In this document: piece after piece, positions 1-8,747 of the stretch
How the letters are laid out: each line of letters opens with the position of its first letter
Numbering within the stretch: the stretch's first letter is position 1
Virus record (IMG/VR): IMGVR_UViG_3300028840_004348
DNA: 34,639 nt
Source of the DNA: a virus
Strand: one strand, 5' to 3'
Translations under genes and position numbers: made by a program
The notes under the pieces: model-generated
Seen by the model: only the letters and a program-made list of their open reading frames with translations
What the model was told of the DNA's origin: nothing
Database searches by the model: none

Positions 1-249
1 GTTGAGTCTTCGGTTGACGGTGTGTTCGTGATACTTCTCCTCGCCTCGCAGTCGCTCATTCTCCTCCTGTAGCGCATCCTTCTCAGCGAGCGAGCCGATG
101 AAGTCATTGATCTGATGATGGAGGTTGGTGTTCTCCTTCTCCAGCTCGGCGATGCGCTTGTCCTTCGCATCGAGCGTCGCGAGCCGGGCGTCGCGTTCTT
201 CCTTGGTCTCGTAGCGCCCGGTGTCCGGATTCCAGTAAGGTCCACTCAT
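1..249 (-). CDS. hypothetical coiled-coil protein, N-terminal part only (ORF continues past coordinate 1)
   Basis: Read by eye: ATG at 249-247 opens MSGPYWNPDTGRYETKEERDARLATLDAKDKRIAELEKENTNLHHQ..., with no stop before position 1. It shares the IAELEKENT heptad motif with the next gene. It is absent from the ORF track because it is truncated. Confidence 0.4.
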   Translation of the reverse strand, partial: MSGPYWNPDTGRYETKEERDARLATLDAKDKRIAELEKENTNLHHQINDFIGSLAEKDALQEENERLRGEEKYHEHTVNRRLN

Positions 250-263
250 CTTGAATCTCCTGT

Positions 264-572
264 TCAACTTCCTCTCTTCCGAGACCGGTAGCGCTTCACC
301 CGCGCCAACCCCTTGGCTCGCACCCGATCCCGGTACTCCTTCAGCTCCGCCACCTGGGCGCGGAGCTGCGTGTTCTCCTTTTCCAGCTCGGCGATGCGTG
401 CCGGCACGCAGATCGTCTCGCCGTCAACCACGACGTTCCCGTTGGGATCCTGAGAGCACTTGCCGTTCTCGAACTCGCCAACCGTCTTGCAGTAGCGCGG
501 CACCCACGACGGGCAGTTCCGCGACGTGCACCGCGCCACCCCGTCCACCAGCTTCGGCTGAACCTCGGGCAC
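264..572 (-). CDS. small Cys-cluster plus coiled-coil protein (paralog of the 1-249 ORF)
   Basis: Track ORF. GTG start directly abuts the upstream stop (TGAGTG), with a GAGGAG SD 6 nt upstream. N-terminus is C-x6-C...C...C, followed by a leucine-zipper-like ARIAELEKENTQLRAQVAELKEY. Confidence 0.5.
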   Translation of the reverse strand: MPEVQPKLVDGVARCTSRNCPSWVPRYCKTVGEFENGKCSQDPNGNVVVDGETICVPARIAELEKENTQLRAQVAELKEYRDRVRAKGLARVKRYRSRKRGS

Positions 573-869
573 TCAGCGCTCCTCGACCAGCTGGGCCACG
601 ACTACAGGCTCCAGGCTGCATGGCTCACACAACGTAATCTCCACCGGCTCCATCAGCGGCTCGGTCATCTCTTCGTTCGGTCCCATGATGTTGGCCAGCA
701 GGGCGTTCCCACCGAGCATCCCGGTCAGGTGGTCCTGCCGCACCACCGCGTCCCGTTTCACCCCGTGCCGCTCGATCTTCAAGGTCCAGAAGATGGGCAG
801 CCCGGCGTGCCCGATGGGTTTCCCGCAGCTCGCGCAGATCGCTCGCTTCCTCAGTTCGTCTTCACGCAT
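573..869 (-). CDS. hypothetical small CxxC protein
   Basis: Track ORF 573..1031 trimmed to the internal ATG at 869 (MREDELRKRAICASCGKP...). That ATG sits 1 nt after the stop of the 871..1146 gene and follows a GGGAGGA SD. The longer version overlaps the upstream gene. Confidence 0.45.
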   Translation of the reverse strand: MREDELRKRAICASCGKPIGHAGLPIFWTLKIERHGVKRDAVVRQDHLTGMLGGNALLANIMGPNEEMTEPLMEPVEITLCEPCSLEPVVVAQLVEER

Positions 870-870
870 C

Positions 871-1146
871 TCAATCCTCCCGCTTCCAGCCGAGCCTCTC
901 CAGTCTTTCGACTTCCGCCGCCACCTCCTCCTTGCTGTCGTAACGTTCGATTCCGACGTAGGTGAGTATCGCGTTGCCCGGCACATCGTAGACGACTTCC
1001 TCGATCTGATACTCGCCGTCACCGTCCACAATCGTTAAACCCACGAACGGCGACAGCGGCATGTCGACCTTCAGCACCATCCTCGCGTCCGTGCTGCAAT
1101 AGCCGAACTTCTCGCAGCTGAGCCTCAGCTTGATCTCCACCTTCAT
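871..1146 (-). CDS. hypothetical protein
   Basis: Track ORF. Its ATG is preceded by GGGAGGACTGAA, which lies inside a duplicated 23-nt element. Confidence 0.5.
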   Translation of the reverse strand: MKVEIKLRLSCEKFGYCSTDARMVLKVDMPLSPFVGLTIVDGDGEYQIEEVVYDVPGNAILTYVGIERYDSKEEVAAEVERLERLGWKRED

Positions 1147-1172
1147 TTCAGTCCTCCCGAGCTGCCAGGACC

Positions 1173-1628
1173 TCAGAGCGTCCTGATGTCCTCCGTCATC
1201 TTCAGAAGATCGATCTCCTCTTTAACTGCGAGAATCGTGACCTTCGTCTTGCTGCCGGGTGGCGTCGTCAGCCTGATGAGCTTCTTCTTTCTGAGTGCCT
1301 TGAGTGCTCGGGAGACAGTGCTGCGGTCACAACCGATCCACTCGGCGATGTCGTTAATCGGTACCTGCATCGATGCCGAGTTGATCTCGGCTGCCATGTT
1401 CCAGAGATAGATACCGACGTCGAGAGTGCGACCCTTGGCCCGAGCGGCGCGCCGGAACCAGTTCATCGGGAAGTTCTCTAGCCGTCTTGAGTTCTGGAAC
1501 AACCGTGGCACGATGCCTCTGGATCGTTCCAAAAGCATGTTTTCGTACTTATCGGAGAAGTAGTTCAGCTCGTTGCAGAGTTGGCCCAGCGCCAACTTCG
1601 TTTCGGCATATGGAGAGATCGGTTCCAT
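1173..1628 (-). CDS. winged-helix / HTH transcriptional regulator
   Basis: Track ORF. The C-terminal half carries a helix-turn-helix signature, INDIAEWIGCDRSTVSRALKALRKKKLI, of MarR/GntR-like type. A GGGAGGACTGAG SD copy lies upstream. Confidence 0.6.
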   Translation of the reverse strand: MEPISPYAETKLALGQLCNELNYFSDKYENMLLERSRGIVPRLFQNSRRLENFPMNWFRRAARAKGRTLDVGIYLWNMAAEINSASMQVPINDIAEWIGCDRSTVSRALKALRKKKLIRLTTPPGSKTKVTILAVKEEIDLLKMTEDIRTL

Positions 1629-1629
1629 C

Positions 1630-1983
1630 TCAGTCCTCCCGAGCTGCCAAGATACGGAGCGTATCGAGGTCCTCGATGACCTCGGCCACCCCCACCATCA
1701 GCAGCCGCCCGTCGAGCCTCTCGGTGCGCGGCTCGTACTTCCGGAACAGGTGGTCGATCTGGTTCTTGACGCGCCGCAGCACGAACTTCAACGGGTCGGG
1801 CGCATGGTGCTCCACCGAAGATGCCTCGACTTCATCTATCGGCACCACCGTCAGCCCCATCTTCCGAAGCTCGGGCTCCACGTAGGCCGTCACCCAGTGC
1901 CGGCTGGTGCCGAAGCACTTGAATGCCCGCTGGAGCGCGTTCTTCAGGTCCGCCTCGATACTTGAGTGCAAGTTCTCCGACAT
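1630..1983 (-). CDS. hypothetical protein
   Basis: Track ORF with a GGGAGGTAGCAG SD before the ATG at 1983. A promoter-like TATATTGAGA lies just upstream, around 2015-2045. The C-terminal 7 codons are encoded by the duplicated 23-nt element. Confidence 0.5.
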   Translation of the reverse strand: MSENLHSSIEADLKNALQRAFKCFGTSRHWVTAYVEPELRKMGLTVVPIDEVEASSVEHHAPDPLKFVLRRVKNQIDHLFRKYEPRTERLDGRLLMVGVAEVIEDLDTLRILAARED

Positions 1984-4100
1984 CTGCTACCTCCCATATT
2001 CACACATAGACCCTCTCTCAATATACTAAAAGCCCACGGGTGTCAAGTTCGAAGTTCAGGGCCGACCTCAACTTCATCTTCCCGGCAACTTCGTCTCTCA
2101 AACGACTTCGTCTTTCAACGACTTCGTCTCTCAAACGACTTCGTCTCTCAGGGCCAAGATGGGACCCGATGCTTTTTGTCGAACCCTCTCCAACCAGTTT
2201 CCACTTGCCAGAATGCTGGTGGGTACATCCGAGGAGTTGGTGACTTCAGTTCGAGTTGGCCAGACTCGGTTCGGATCGGCAACATCGTTCAACATGAGAA
2301 CCTTGTCCAACCTTGGCCGAGGTTGCCGAAGTTCTCAAGTTGATGAAGTTGACTTCGTCACATCGGATGAACGTCGGCAATGATTGGCCAGGATGGGACC
2401 CAATTCTCCAGCTGGAGAAGTCGGCCAACTTCGTCTCCCAGAGCCAAGATGGGACCCGTACAAGTTCGGAAGATGGGACCCAATCGAAGTTCGGGAACTT
2501 GGTCGATATGGGACCCAAGAAAGCATAGAAGAAGCCTTCTTCGGGGGTTGGGGAAGTCGAAAAGGATCGTTCGAAGTTTTTGAGATGATAGGGGTTGCCA
2601 GGATTGTCCAATGATTATGTGGAGTTGGACGGTATTGGTAGGATTGGAATCCGATATATTATCTGGGGATGGGACCCAAATCTATGTGATCCAAAGCCCG
2701 GGATCGCGATCCGATAATCAGCTAGATCGACCCCCGGGGTCCAATAATCCCCAAGATCCGCCGAAATCAGCATAATCTTCGGCAAACTTAGGAAGATTAT
2801 CCAACTTCCAGCAAACTTCAGCCCAACTTCAGGACCAGCCGCCTTGTCGGATTGTCAACACTCAGGAAGATTCACCCTTGTCAGATTATCAATAGGCAAC
2901 ACGATGGATTATCGGATTGACTTGCCCAACACCTGGCCAACTTCAGCCCAGGTTGGCGAGATGAATGCGCCCATCTTGGCCAGGATTGGCCCGAACTCGG
3001 GAACCTCTACAACCTATCCCTGGAGCCCAAGCTCCTTAAGCACGGACAGGACTTCACGGAGCTGCTTCGAGGAGCCGCCCAGACCAGCTCTGCGCCCCGC
3101 TACCAGCCATCGCCAGCGCCTGCCGGCCTTCCAGATGTACACCATATCGAACCTCCTCGTCGAGCCTATCAATCCTTCCCAAGGCGGGTCAACTTTTCGG
3201 CTCTCCGTTGGTCGGAGACCACATCTTCCGAACTTCGACCAAGTTCGGGAAAGGTTGGTGAAGATGGATCACGATCCGTCTGACGAGAGTGTATCGATTC
3301 TTGATGGAATTGCGCAATCGTTAACGGTCGGGCAAGTTGGGTGTTGACGAATCGTCAACTCTATTTCGAATATCAATGCGGTTCGAGGATGGATTTTCGG
3401 ATTAGTTCAATGTTTGCGAGAGGTTGATGAAGTTCGGCTGGGGAAGTTGCCGAAGATTGTTCAAGGATCGCGGATTTTGGATCGGATTGGGACGGATCGC
3501 GATCCGCGCGATCCGCTGGTCTGGTCGATTCTCACCTATATACTGAGAGCCTACTTGACGGGTACTTGATGGCCGCTTGCTTGCCAATCCCGACCCAACC
3601 TCACCAATCTCCGTCCACTTCGTTCCAATCTCGGCAACTTGCTCCCTCTATCCAATCCTTGGCCACTCCGTTCCGAACTTGGCAACTTCGAACCAACCTC
3701 ATCTATCTGTCCAACTCCTTGGATGTACCCAGGCGAGTTTCTGGTGGGGGAAGTATCTACCGACTTCATCAAGCTTGCCGACTTACTCCAGCCGGCCAAT
3801 CCTTGTCCACTTCGTTCGAGTGAAGCAACTTGGTCAACTTCATCCCTTCGAGCTAACTTCATCTATCTGGCCAACTCGAACTGAAGTCACCAACTCCTCG
3901 GATATACCCAGGCGAGTTTGGCTGATGAGCTATGAGGAGAGGGGATGTACTTACCATGGAGAGAATCTGCCGCGCCATCCTCCTTTTCAACCACCTGATG
4001 TATCGGGTGCAATCTTAGCTTGGACCGACGAAGTCGTTAGAACTTCGAAGTTGAAGTTCAGAAGTTCGGGACTTCGAGGTTCAGCAAGTTCGGGCCGTCA
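1984..4100. repeat. 2.1-kb ORF-poor, repeat-dense locus (candidate replication origin, iteron field or genome-terminus region)
   Basis: There is no convincing CDS on either strand; the track ORFs here are low complexity. A 4x tandem 17-nt repeat lies at 2087-2150. Six copies of GATGGGACCC occur at 2158, 2392, 2448, 2472, 2517 and 2668. Perfect palindromes GGATCGCGATCC (2701-2712) and CGGATCGCGATCCG (3493-3506) are present. DnaA-box-like TTATCCAAC / GATTATC motifs occur at 2797-2915. Many AACTTCG / CCAACTTC short repeats run throughout. A roughly 50-nt direct repeat occurs at about 3697-3745 and 3848-3920. Confidence 0.6.
2087..2150. repeat. tandem array, 4 x roughly 17 nt ((A)ACGACTTCGTCTCTCA), abutting a GATGGGACCC box
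   Basis: Read directly: caacttcgtctctca / aacgacttcgtctttca / acgacttcgtctctcaa / acgacttcgtctctca, followed by gggccaagatgggaccc. Confidence 0.6.
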
Positions 4101-4279
4101 TACAGACGGTTGCTCCAGGGTACCGGTCACGAGGATCTGAGAGACGAAGTCGTGACTTCCCACATTCCTTCGACCGCTTCGTCCACGGGATCCTTGAACT
4201 TGGGTTTGCTCCAGCTCCGGGCCGCGAGCTGGGCTCGAAGATCAGCCAGGTCTGTATCTTCGTCGTGCTCGCCTACCAA

Positions 4280-4720
4280 TCACTCGTCCTCTTCATCTTC
4301 CCAATGTTCGTCGAGTCCTTCGTTCCAGATCTCCAGCTGACGCTCGGGCTTCAGAAGTTGGTTTTTCGAAAGAACCGCATACTCCTGCTTGAGACGCTCC
4401 TGGCTGCCCTGCTGACGGCGCGCGAGACGATAAGGGTAGAACTCCACCGGCAGCTCCGGCAGCCCGCAGAGGCGGCGGTGCAGCTGCTGGACGCCCCAGG
4501 AGGGCTCGTACCGGTCGCAGACGTGGAGAACTTCATCAATGGGATTCGGGAACTTCATCTTCTTGAGATCTTCGAACTTCTTGGAAGTATCGAGATCGTA
4601 GAAGCAGTATACCTCCTCCTCGAAGATCTCCTTGTCGCCGATGATGCCCATCCTCGTGTCGACCGCCCGGTGCTCGCAGGTGGCGCAGCATTCGGGGAAC
4701 GTCGGTCTCGGCTTGCCCAT
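4280..4720 (-). CDS. hypothetical Cys-rich protein with acidic C-terminus
   Basis: Track ORF 4280..4987 trimmed to ATG 4720 (MGKPRPTFPECCATCEHR...), which has an AGGAGGGG SD. The longer form would overlap the 4777..5196 gene. Confidence 0.45.
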   Translation of the reverse strand: MGKPRPTFPECCATCEHRAVDTRMGIIGDKEIFEEEVYCFYDLDTSKKFEDLKKMKFPNPIDEVLHVCDRYEPSWGVQQLHRRLCGLPELPVEFYPYRLARRQQGSQERLKQEYAVLSKNQLLKPERQLEIWNEGLDEHWEDEEDE

Positions 4721-4776
4721 GACCCCTCCTACAGCTTGGTCGCGACGATATGAATGAACATCGCATCGTCTCCATT

Positions 4777-5196
4777 TCAACCGTTCTCCTTCGATTTCTC
4801 CAGTTCCTTCTCCAGCTTGTCGATGGCGGCGTCCACCTTCTTCCCGTAGGCCCGCATCCGCTCCAGGTAGGCCTCGACGGCGGCTCGCTCCTCCCGGTAC
4901 AGATCGGGCTGCTGGTACTTCAGGACGCCCGTGATGCCGCCCTGCTTCTCGGTCCTGAACCTGCCGGCACCGATCATCATCGCGCACAGGTCGAACGGGG
5001 ACGCCGACTGCTCTTCGCCCTGGAGATAGAGCGTCAGCCCGGTCTTCTCGCTCTTGTGGACCGTGAAGACCTGCTTGTGCTGGGAGATGTAGCTGTCGCA
5101 GATCTCCACGTACTCCAGCACGCTGAACTGAGGAGAGCCGGTACTCTCGTCGATGAGATAGAGCTTCTTGGGGCGGTCTTTCTCGGGTTCGGACAT
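4777..5196 (-). CDS. hypothetical protein
   Basis: Track ORF with a strong AGGAGGAAAGG SD. Confidence 0.55.
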   Translation of the reverse strand: MSEPEKDRPKKLYLIDESTGSPQFSVLEYVEICDSYISQHKQVFTVHKSEKTGLTLYLQGEEQSASPFDLCAMMIGAGRFRTEKQGGITGVLKYQQPDLYREERAAVEAYLERMRAYGKKVDAAIDKLEKELEKSKENG

Positions 5197-5205
5197 CCTT
5201 TCCTC

Positions 5206-5505
5206 CTACTGCAAGCCGTTCAGCCGTCCCAGCAGCTCGTCCGCGAGCGCCAGGTAATGAGGCACGAGGTTTTGATTGCCGTCCGGGTTGCCGTTGGAGT
5301 TCCCGGCGAGCGCTTCTCTCCAGAAGGTGAGGGCCTCCCGGAAACCTTCGACCATCTCCGTGATCTTGGACCGCTGTTCGTCCGAGGGTTCGAAACCCTG
5401 TCGAAAGTCGACTAAGGTGTCTTCCAGCATCGCCAGCGTGGCCCCGAACTGGCCGTGGATTTCCATGACGCGGTCGATGGCTTCCTGCTTGGTCAGCTCA
5501 GTCAT
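5206..5505 (-). CDS. hypothetical protein
   Basis: Track ORF. Its start overlaps the stop of the upstream gene by 8 nt. A GGAG lies upstream. Confidence 0.5.
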   Translation of the reverse strand: MTELTKQEAIDRVMEIHGQFGATLAMLEDTLVDFRQGFEPSDEQRSKITEMVEGFREALTFWREALAGNSNGNPDGNQNLVPHYLALADELLGRLNGLQ

Positions 5506-5827
5506 GTTTCTCCATCTCGAAGGTGATCACGAGCGCACCCCTGTCGGAGATGGTCGCCCTCGTTTTCACTCGGATCACCGAGACCGCCAGCTTGAAGTGA
5601 AGCAGGCTCGGATCCTCCTCGTCGACCCAGACGGGACATTCGTAGTCCTCCAGCCCGAGATCGACCGTGGCGAACCAGGCCTCTCCGACCGGCGTCTCCT
5701 CCCAGGGCAATACCAGCGCGCCCCAGTCGGGACCGTATACCTTCCCGAGATCCGCCGGGTTCACCAGGATCGCGTCGCTCCCGGGCGTGTCAGGCCAGAG
5801 ATCCGGAATCAATTGATCGTTCGACAT
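5498..5827 (-). CDS. hypothetical acidic protein
   Basis: Track ORF. Its ATG sits 1 nt after the upstream TGA, with a GGAGAG SD. Confidence 0.5.
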   Translation of the reverse strand: MSNDQLIPDLWPDTPGSDAILVNPADLGKVYGPDWGALVLPWEETPVGEAWFATVDLGLEDYECPVWVDEEDPSLLHFKLAVSVIRVKTRATISDRGALVITFEMEKHD

Positions 5828-5828
5828 C

Positions 5829-5957
5829 TCAGCTCTCCTGCTCTTCTCCTCCGTAGATGACCATCACCGGCTCGATCTCTTCGCCGGCTACGTCCTCGAT
5901 GTATTTGATGCAGGCGATGCAATAATCATCAGCATCACTGAAGATTTCTTTTTTCAT
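5829..5957 (-). CDS. very small acidic CxxC protein (42 aa)
   Basis: Track ORF 5829..6167 trimmed to the ATG at 5957, which forms an ATGA overlap with the stop of 5954..6301 and has an AAGGAG SD 5 nt upstream. The N-terminal extension in the track is Arg-rich, low-complexity, and overlaps the upstream gene. Confidence 0.35.
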   Translation of the reverse strand: MKKEIFSDADDYCIACIKYIEDVAGEEIEPVMVIYGGEEQES

Positions 5958-6301
5958 ATCGTCTCCTTGAACCGTTCCAGCTCTCCGTCGATCTCGCGTA
6001 TCCGAAAAATCTGACCTTCGATCATTCCTGCCAACCGGAACATCTCTTCTTCGAGCATCTCGTTGACGGTCGGCTCCTCCCACGACCAGATCCACCTCCA
6101 GGCCAGCCGCTGGAATCCCCGGAGATGGGTGACGCACCAGCTCTCCGCTTCGTCGCGTTCTTCCCAAAGCATGAACCTTTCGACTTCGCGCAACAGGTCC
6201 CAGCCGAGACTCTCCAAAGCTCCTGCCGGCACGGCTTGGTACAGGTGGGCTCCGATCATCTCCTTGAGGAAGTCGGCTTCGAGGATTGGTTCAGAGTTCA
6301 T
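5954..6301 (-). CDS. hypothetical protein
   Basis: Track ORF with an ATGA overlap to the upstream gene stop. Confidence 0.5.
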   Translation of the reverse strand: MNSEPILEADFLKEMIGAHLYQAVPAGALESLGWDLLREVERFMLWEERDEAESWCVTHLRGFQRLAWRWIWSWEEPTVNEMLEEEMFRLAGMIEGQIFRIREIDGELERFKETI

Positions 6302-6519
6302 TCCGGAACCTGCACCACGGTCGTCCGGTCGTAGTCAGGTTCTCCGGTTACGGCGATGCGCATCTCCGGATCCTTGGGCTGGCGACCGCCGGTCACCGTC
6401 TCCATCGCACCGTGGTCCCATGCTTCCGCCTTGTCGCGAGCCTCGTCCTCGTCTTCGGCCTCCACTACCCTCCAGACCTCGACAGTTATCGGGACGCTAA
6501 TCTCGAACTTGGGCATCAT
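6298..6519 (-). CDS. hypothetical acidic protein
   Basis: Track ORF with an AAGGAGAAC SD. Confidence 0.45.
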   Translation of the reverse strand: MMPKFEISVPITVEVWRVVEAEDEDEARDKAEAWDHGAMETVTGGRQPKDPEMRIAVTGEPDYDRTTVVQVPE

Positions 6520-6736
6520 GGTTCTCCTTCTTGGCGCACTGCCGACACTGCTTATGCTTTATCTCCGCGAGGTCCTTTTCGGCCTCGGCAGGATGACAAA
6601 CCTTCTCATGACCGCATTCCAGGATGAAGAAGACGCTTTTACCACGTTGGATACGATCAACCACCAGGCGTTTCGGGCCACCTTTCGGTCGGCTGCGGGG
6701 ACGGTCCTTGCGCCGTCTGTGTCCCCTCGCGCTCAT
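6497..6736 (-). CDS. small basic protein with C-terminal CxxH...CxxC (zinc-ribbon-like)
   Basis: Track ORF 6497..6859 trimmed to ATG 6736, which shares a base with the upstream TGA (TGATG). An AAGAGGA SD is present. The longer form overlaps the 6736..7440 gene by 124 nt. Confidence 0.35.
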   Translation of the reverse strand: MSARGHRRRKDRPRSRPKGGPKRLVVDRIQRGKSVFFILECGHEKVCHPAEAEKDLAEIKHKQCRQCAKKENHDAQVRD

Positions 6737-7347
6737 CAATCCTCTTCCGGATGCGCTTTGCACCATTCGCAGTCGCAGTCGGGATCGTCGTGCCAGTTGA
6801 TCCAGGCGATATCGTCGCCTTCGAGGGAGACGCCGCCAGGCATCTTGCACTCCGAGCACCGAACTTCGTCACCTTCGTAGAACTCCTCGTCGCTCGGGCT
6901 ATCGGTGAGGATCTCTGGGTCGCCCCCGCAGTATGGACAGCTGTCCCACTCGATCATCACCCAGCGCTTGCCGAAGGCGTCTTTCTCAGCTGAATAAGAA
7001 GAAGAAAAAACTTTGTTTTTCTTGACTTTGCTCGACTCGCGCACCTTTTGCTTGAACTCTTCGATGATGTCGAGCCGGTTGGTGACGGGATTGCAATAGT
7101 CTTCTCGAAAGCTGCGAATCTCCTCGGCCATCTTGACGGCCACCTTTCGCCAGTCGAGGTTTTCGGTATCGGGGCGCAGGAAAGCGGGCTCGCATTCGCT
7201 GAGCGCGCCCACGATGCGGTCGGCGATCTCCTTGCGCTCCAGCAGCTTGACGCCGTAGCCAGCGAGAACGTCCACGATGAGCGTCCACGATGCGCTGTAG
7301 AGTAGGTTTTTCGGACGAGTTCCAAGGGTAGGTTCAACCTTCTTCAT
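6736..7347 (-). CDS. hypothetical protein with C-terminal multi-Cys zinc ribbon
   Basis: Track ORF 6736..7440 trimmed to ATG 7347 (MKKVEPTL...) with a GGAGAGGAG SD. The C-terminus carries CPYCGG...CSECK...CDCEWC. Confidence 0.5.
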   Translation of the reverse strand: MKKVEPTLGTRPKNLLYSASWTLIVDVLAGYGVKLLERKEIADRIVGALSECEPAFLRPDTENLDWRKVAVKMAEEIRSFREDYCNPVTNRLDIIEEFKQKVRESSKVKKNKVFSSSYSAEKDAFGKRWVMIEWDSCPYCGGDPEILTDSPSDEEFYEGDEVRCSECKMPGGVSLEGDDIAWINWHDDPDCDCEWCKAHPEED

Positions 7348-7525
7348 GGCTCGTCTCCTCTCCGTACTGTCGCTCGATGTGCATTCCGGCAGCCACCGCC
7401 CGCTCGACTCCCTCCAAATACTCCTTGGCCGTGAAGACATGGCCGCGCAGTACCTGGATCAACCACATGCCGACCGCTCCGAGTGCGATTCCCGATGCTA
7501 CGCACATGATCTCATTCATCTTCAA
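7334..7525 (-). CDS. small single-pass membrane protein
   Basis: Track ORF with an AGGAG SD. It contains a hydrophobic stretch, IMCVASGIALGAVGMWLIQVL. Confidence 0.4.
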   Translation of the reverse strand: MKMNEIMCVASGIALGAVGMWLIQVLRGHVFTAKEYLEGVERAVAAGMHIERQYGEETSHEEG

Positions 7526-8027
7526 CTCCTGCGGGCTCGATGTGAGCCCATGCGCCGACGAGCACCCGGTTCCACTTCCAGCTGTCGGCTTCGATCTCCT
7601 CGTGTTCTTCGTCGGTCATTCCCCACCAGAGATGGTCCAGTTGGCCGAGCAGCTCGTCCTCTTCGTCCTCGGTGAGAACTTCGAGGAACTGGTTGATCAA
7701 GTACGCGTCGTGCAGCTTCTGGTACTCAGTCTTCATCTGGATGAGGATCGTCCAAGTAGGGATCCTGCTCCTTGAACTCACGCCGCACCTCTTCGATGCG
7801 GACGTACTCGACGGTGCCCTCCTCTGCGCCTCCTTGACCAGCTCTCGCTGATCGGCACGGAGCTTCGAATACTTGTAGTACTTGTACTCTTCGATGACGC
7901 GTCGAAGCGTTTCCTCATCGCTCTCGTGAACAAGGCGAACTCCGGCCATCAACGCGCTGGTGAGCTGTGCCAACTCCAACTCGTGTAAGATTCGCTTCAG
8001 ATCAGCTGTTAGTTCAGCCATCCTCAT
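7512..8027 (-). CDS. hypothetical protein, acidic C-terminus
   Basis: Track ORF 7512..8069 trimmed to ATG 8027 (MRMAELTADL...). The choice among the three close ATGs at 8045, 8027 and 8021 is uncertain. Confidence 0.4.
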   Translation of the reverse strand: MRMAELTADLKRILHELELAQLTSALMAGVRLVHESDEETLRRVIEEYKYYKYSKLRADQRELVKEAQRRAPSSTSASKRCGVSSRSRIPTWTILIQMKTEYQKLHDAYLINQFLEVLTEDEEDELLGQLDHLWWGMTDEEHEEIEADSWKWNRVLVGAWAHIEPAGVEDE

Positions 8028-8319
8028 TGGGATCGCCCCCTTCATCTGCCGGCACGTAGCCGATGGCATTCTTGCCGAGCATCACCGTGCGCTCCACCGG
8101 CACTCCTAGCCAGCGGGCCATCTGCTTCTGCTTCTCCTTGCGCCTCCAGACGAAGTGACCGTGGATGAGCGCGATCACGACGCAAATCAGCGTGAGCGCG
8201 CCCTGGCAGAACCACCACCAGAACTCTCGGTCGGATTGCAGCACAAGCCCCATGATAATGGCGAACGCGAGCCCGATGAGCCCGCACCAGACGGGCGAGT
8301 AGGCGATCTTGATCTTCAT
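8014..8319 (-). CDS. small two-TM membrane protein (holin-like topology)
   Basis: Track ORF 8014..8370 trimmed to the ATG at 8319, which forms an ATGA overlap with the upstream stop and has a GGAAGG SD. Two hydrophobic helices are present, IAYSPVWCGLIGLAFAIIMGLVL and WWWFCQGALTLICVVIALIHGHF. Confidence 0.45.
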   Translation of the reverse strand: MKIKIAYSPVWCGLIGLAFAIIMGLVLQSDREFWWWFCQGALTLICVVIALIHGHFVWRRKEKQKQMARWLGVPVERTVMLGKNAIGYVPADEGGDPNEDG

Positions 8320-8747
8320 TCCGCAGGCCTTCCGTTGATGAGCTTGGCTACATCCAAGAATCCCAGCCAACCTCCGCCAACTACTTCGGCGATAACGTAG
8401 CGAGGCTTCTCCTCGTCAGGCTCGTAGATCCGAAGGCCGGTAATGAAGTAAGCGATGCCGGTCTCGATGTTCTCGTCGGTGATGATCTGCTGGATGCGCT
8501 GCTCGATGAAGACGGTCGCTCCCTGATCGGCTCTCCGGGACTTCTCCAGAATCCCCTCGACTTGCTCTCTCGTCCAGGGAGGTTCCACCTGTAAAGGAGC
8601 AGGACCGTACAGCTGCTGGAAGACCTGCGACATGGCCGAAGAGCGTTCCTGCTTTGACGACTCGTCGTGAGGAGGGTGCTCGGTCGCTCCGGCTATCCTG
8701 CGCCGGTACAGCTCCCTGGACTTCGGACAATCGTCCTTACAGCTCAT
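8316..8747 (-). CDS. hypothetical protein
   Basis: Track ORF with a GGAGAAG SD and an ATGA overlap to the upstream gene. Confidence 0.5.
   Translation of the reverse strand: MSCKDDCPKSRELYRRRIAGATEHPPHDESSKQERSSAMSQVFQQLYGPAPLQVEPPWTREQVEGILEKSRRADQGATVFIEQRIQQIITDENIETGIAYFITGLRIYEPDEEKPRYVIAEVVGGGWLGFLDVAKLINGRPAE

Noticed and set aside
2087-2700. CRISPR array
   Set aside because: The tandem unit is only about 17 nt, with no spacer-sized unique inserts. The GATGGGACCC boxes are irregularly spaced. No cas genes are present.
2040-4140. Track ORFs inside the repeat locus (e.g. 2844..3347 +, 3577..4140 +, 3551..3862 -, 2246..2611 -)
   Set aside because: They are low-complexity Ser/Pro/Thr/Leu-rich translations with internal repeats that simply mirror the DNA repeats. 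They show no SD and have mutually overlapping frames on both strands. Rightward transcription of 3566-4140 from the motif at about 3537-3549 remains possible and is noted in the findings.
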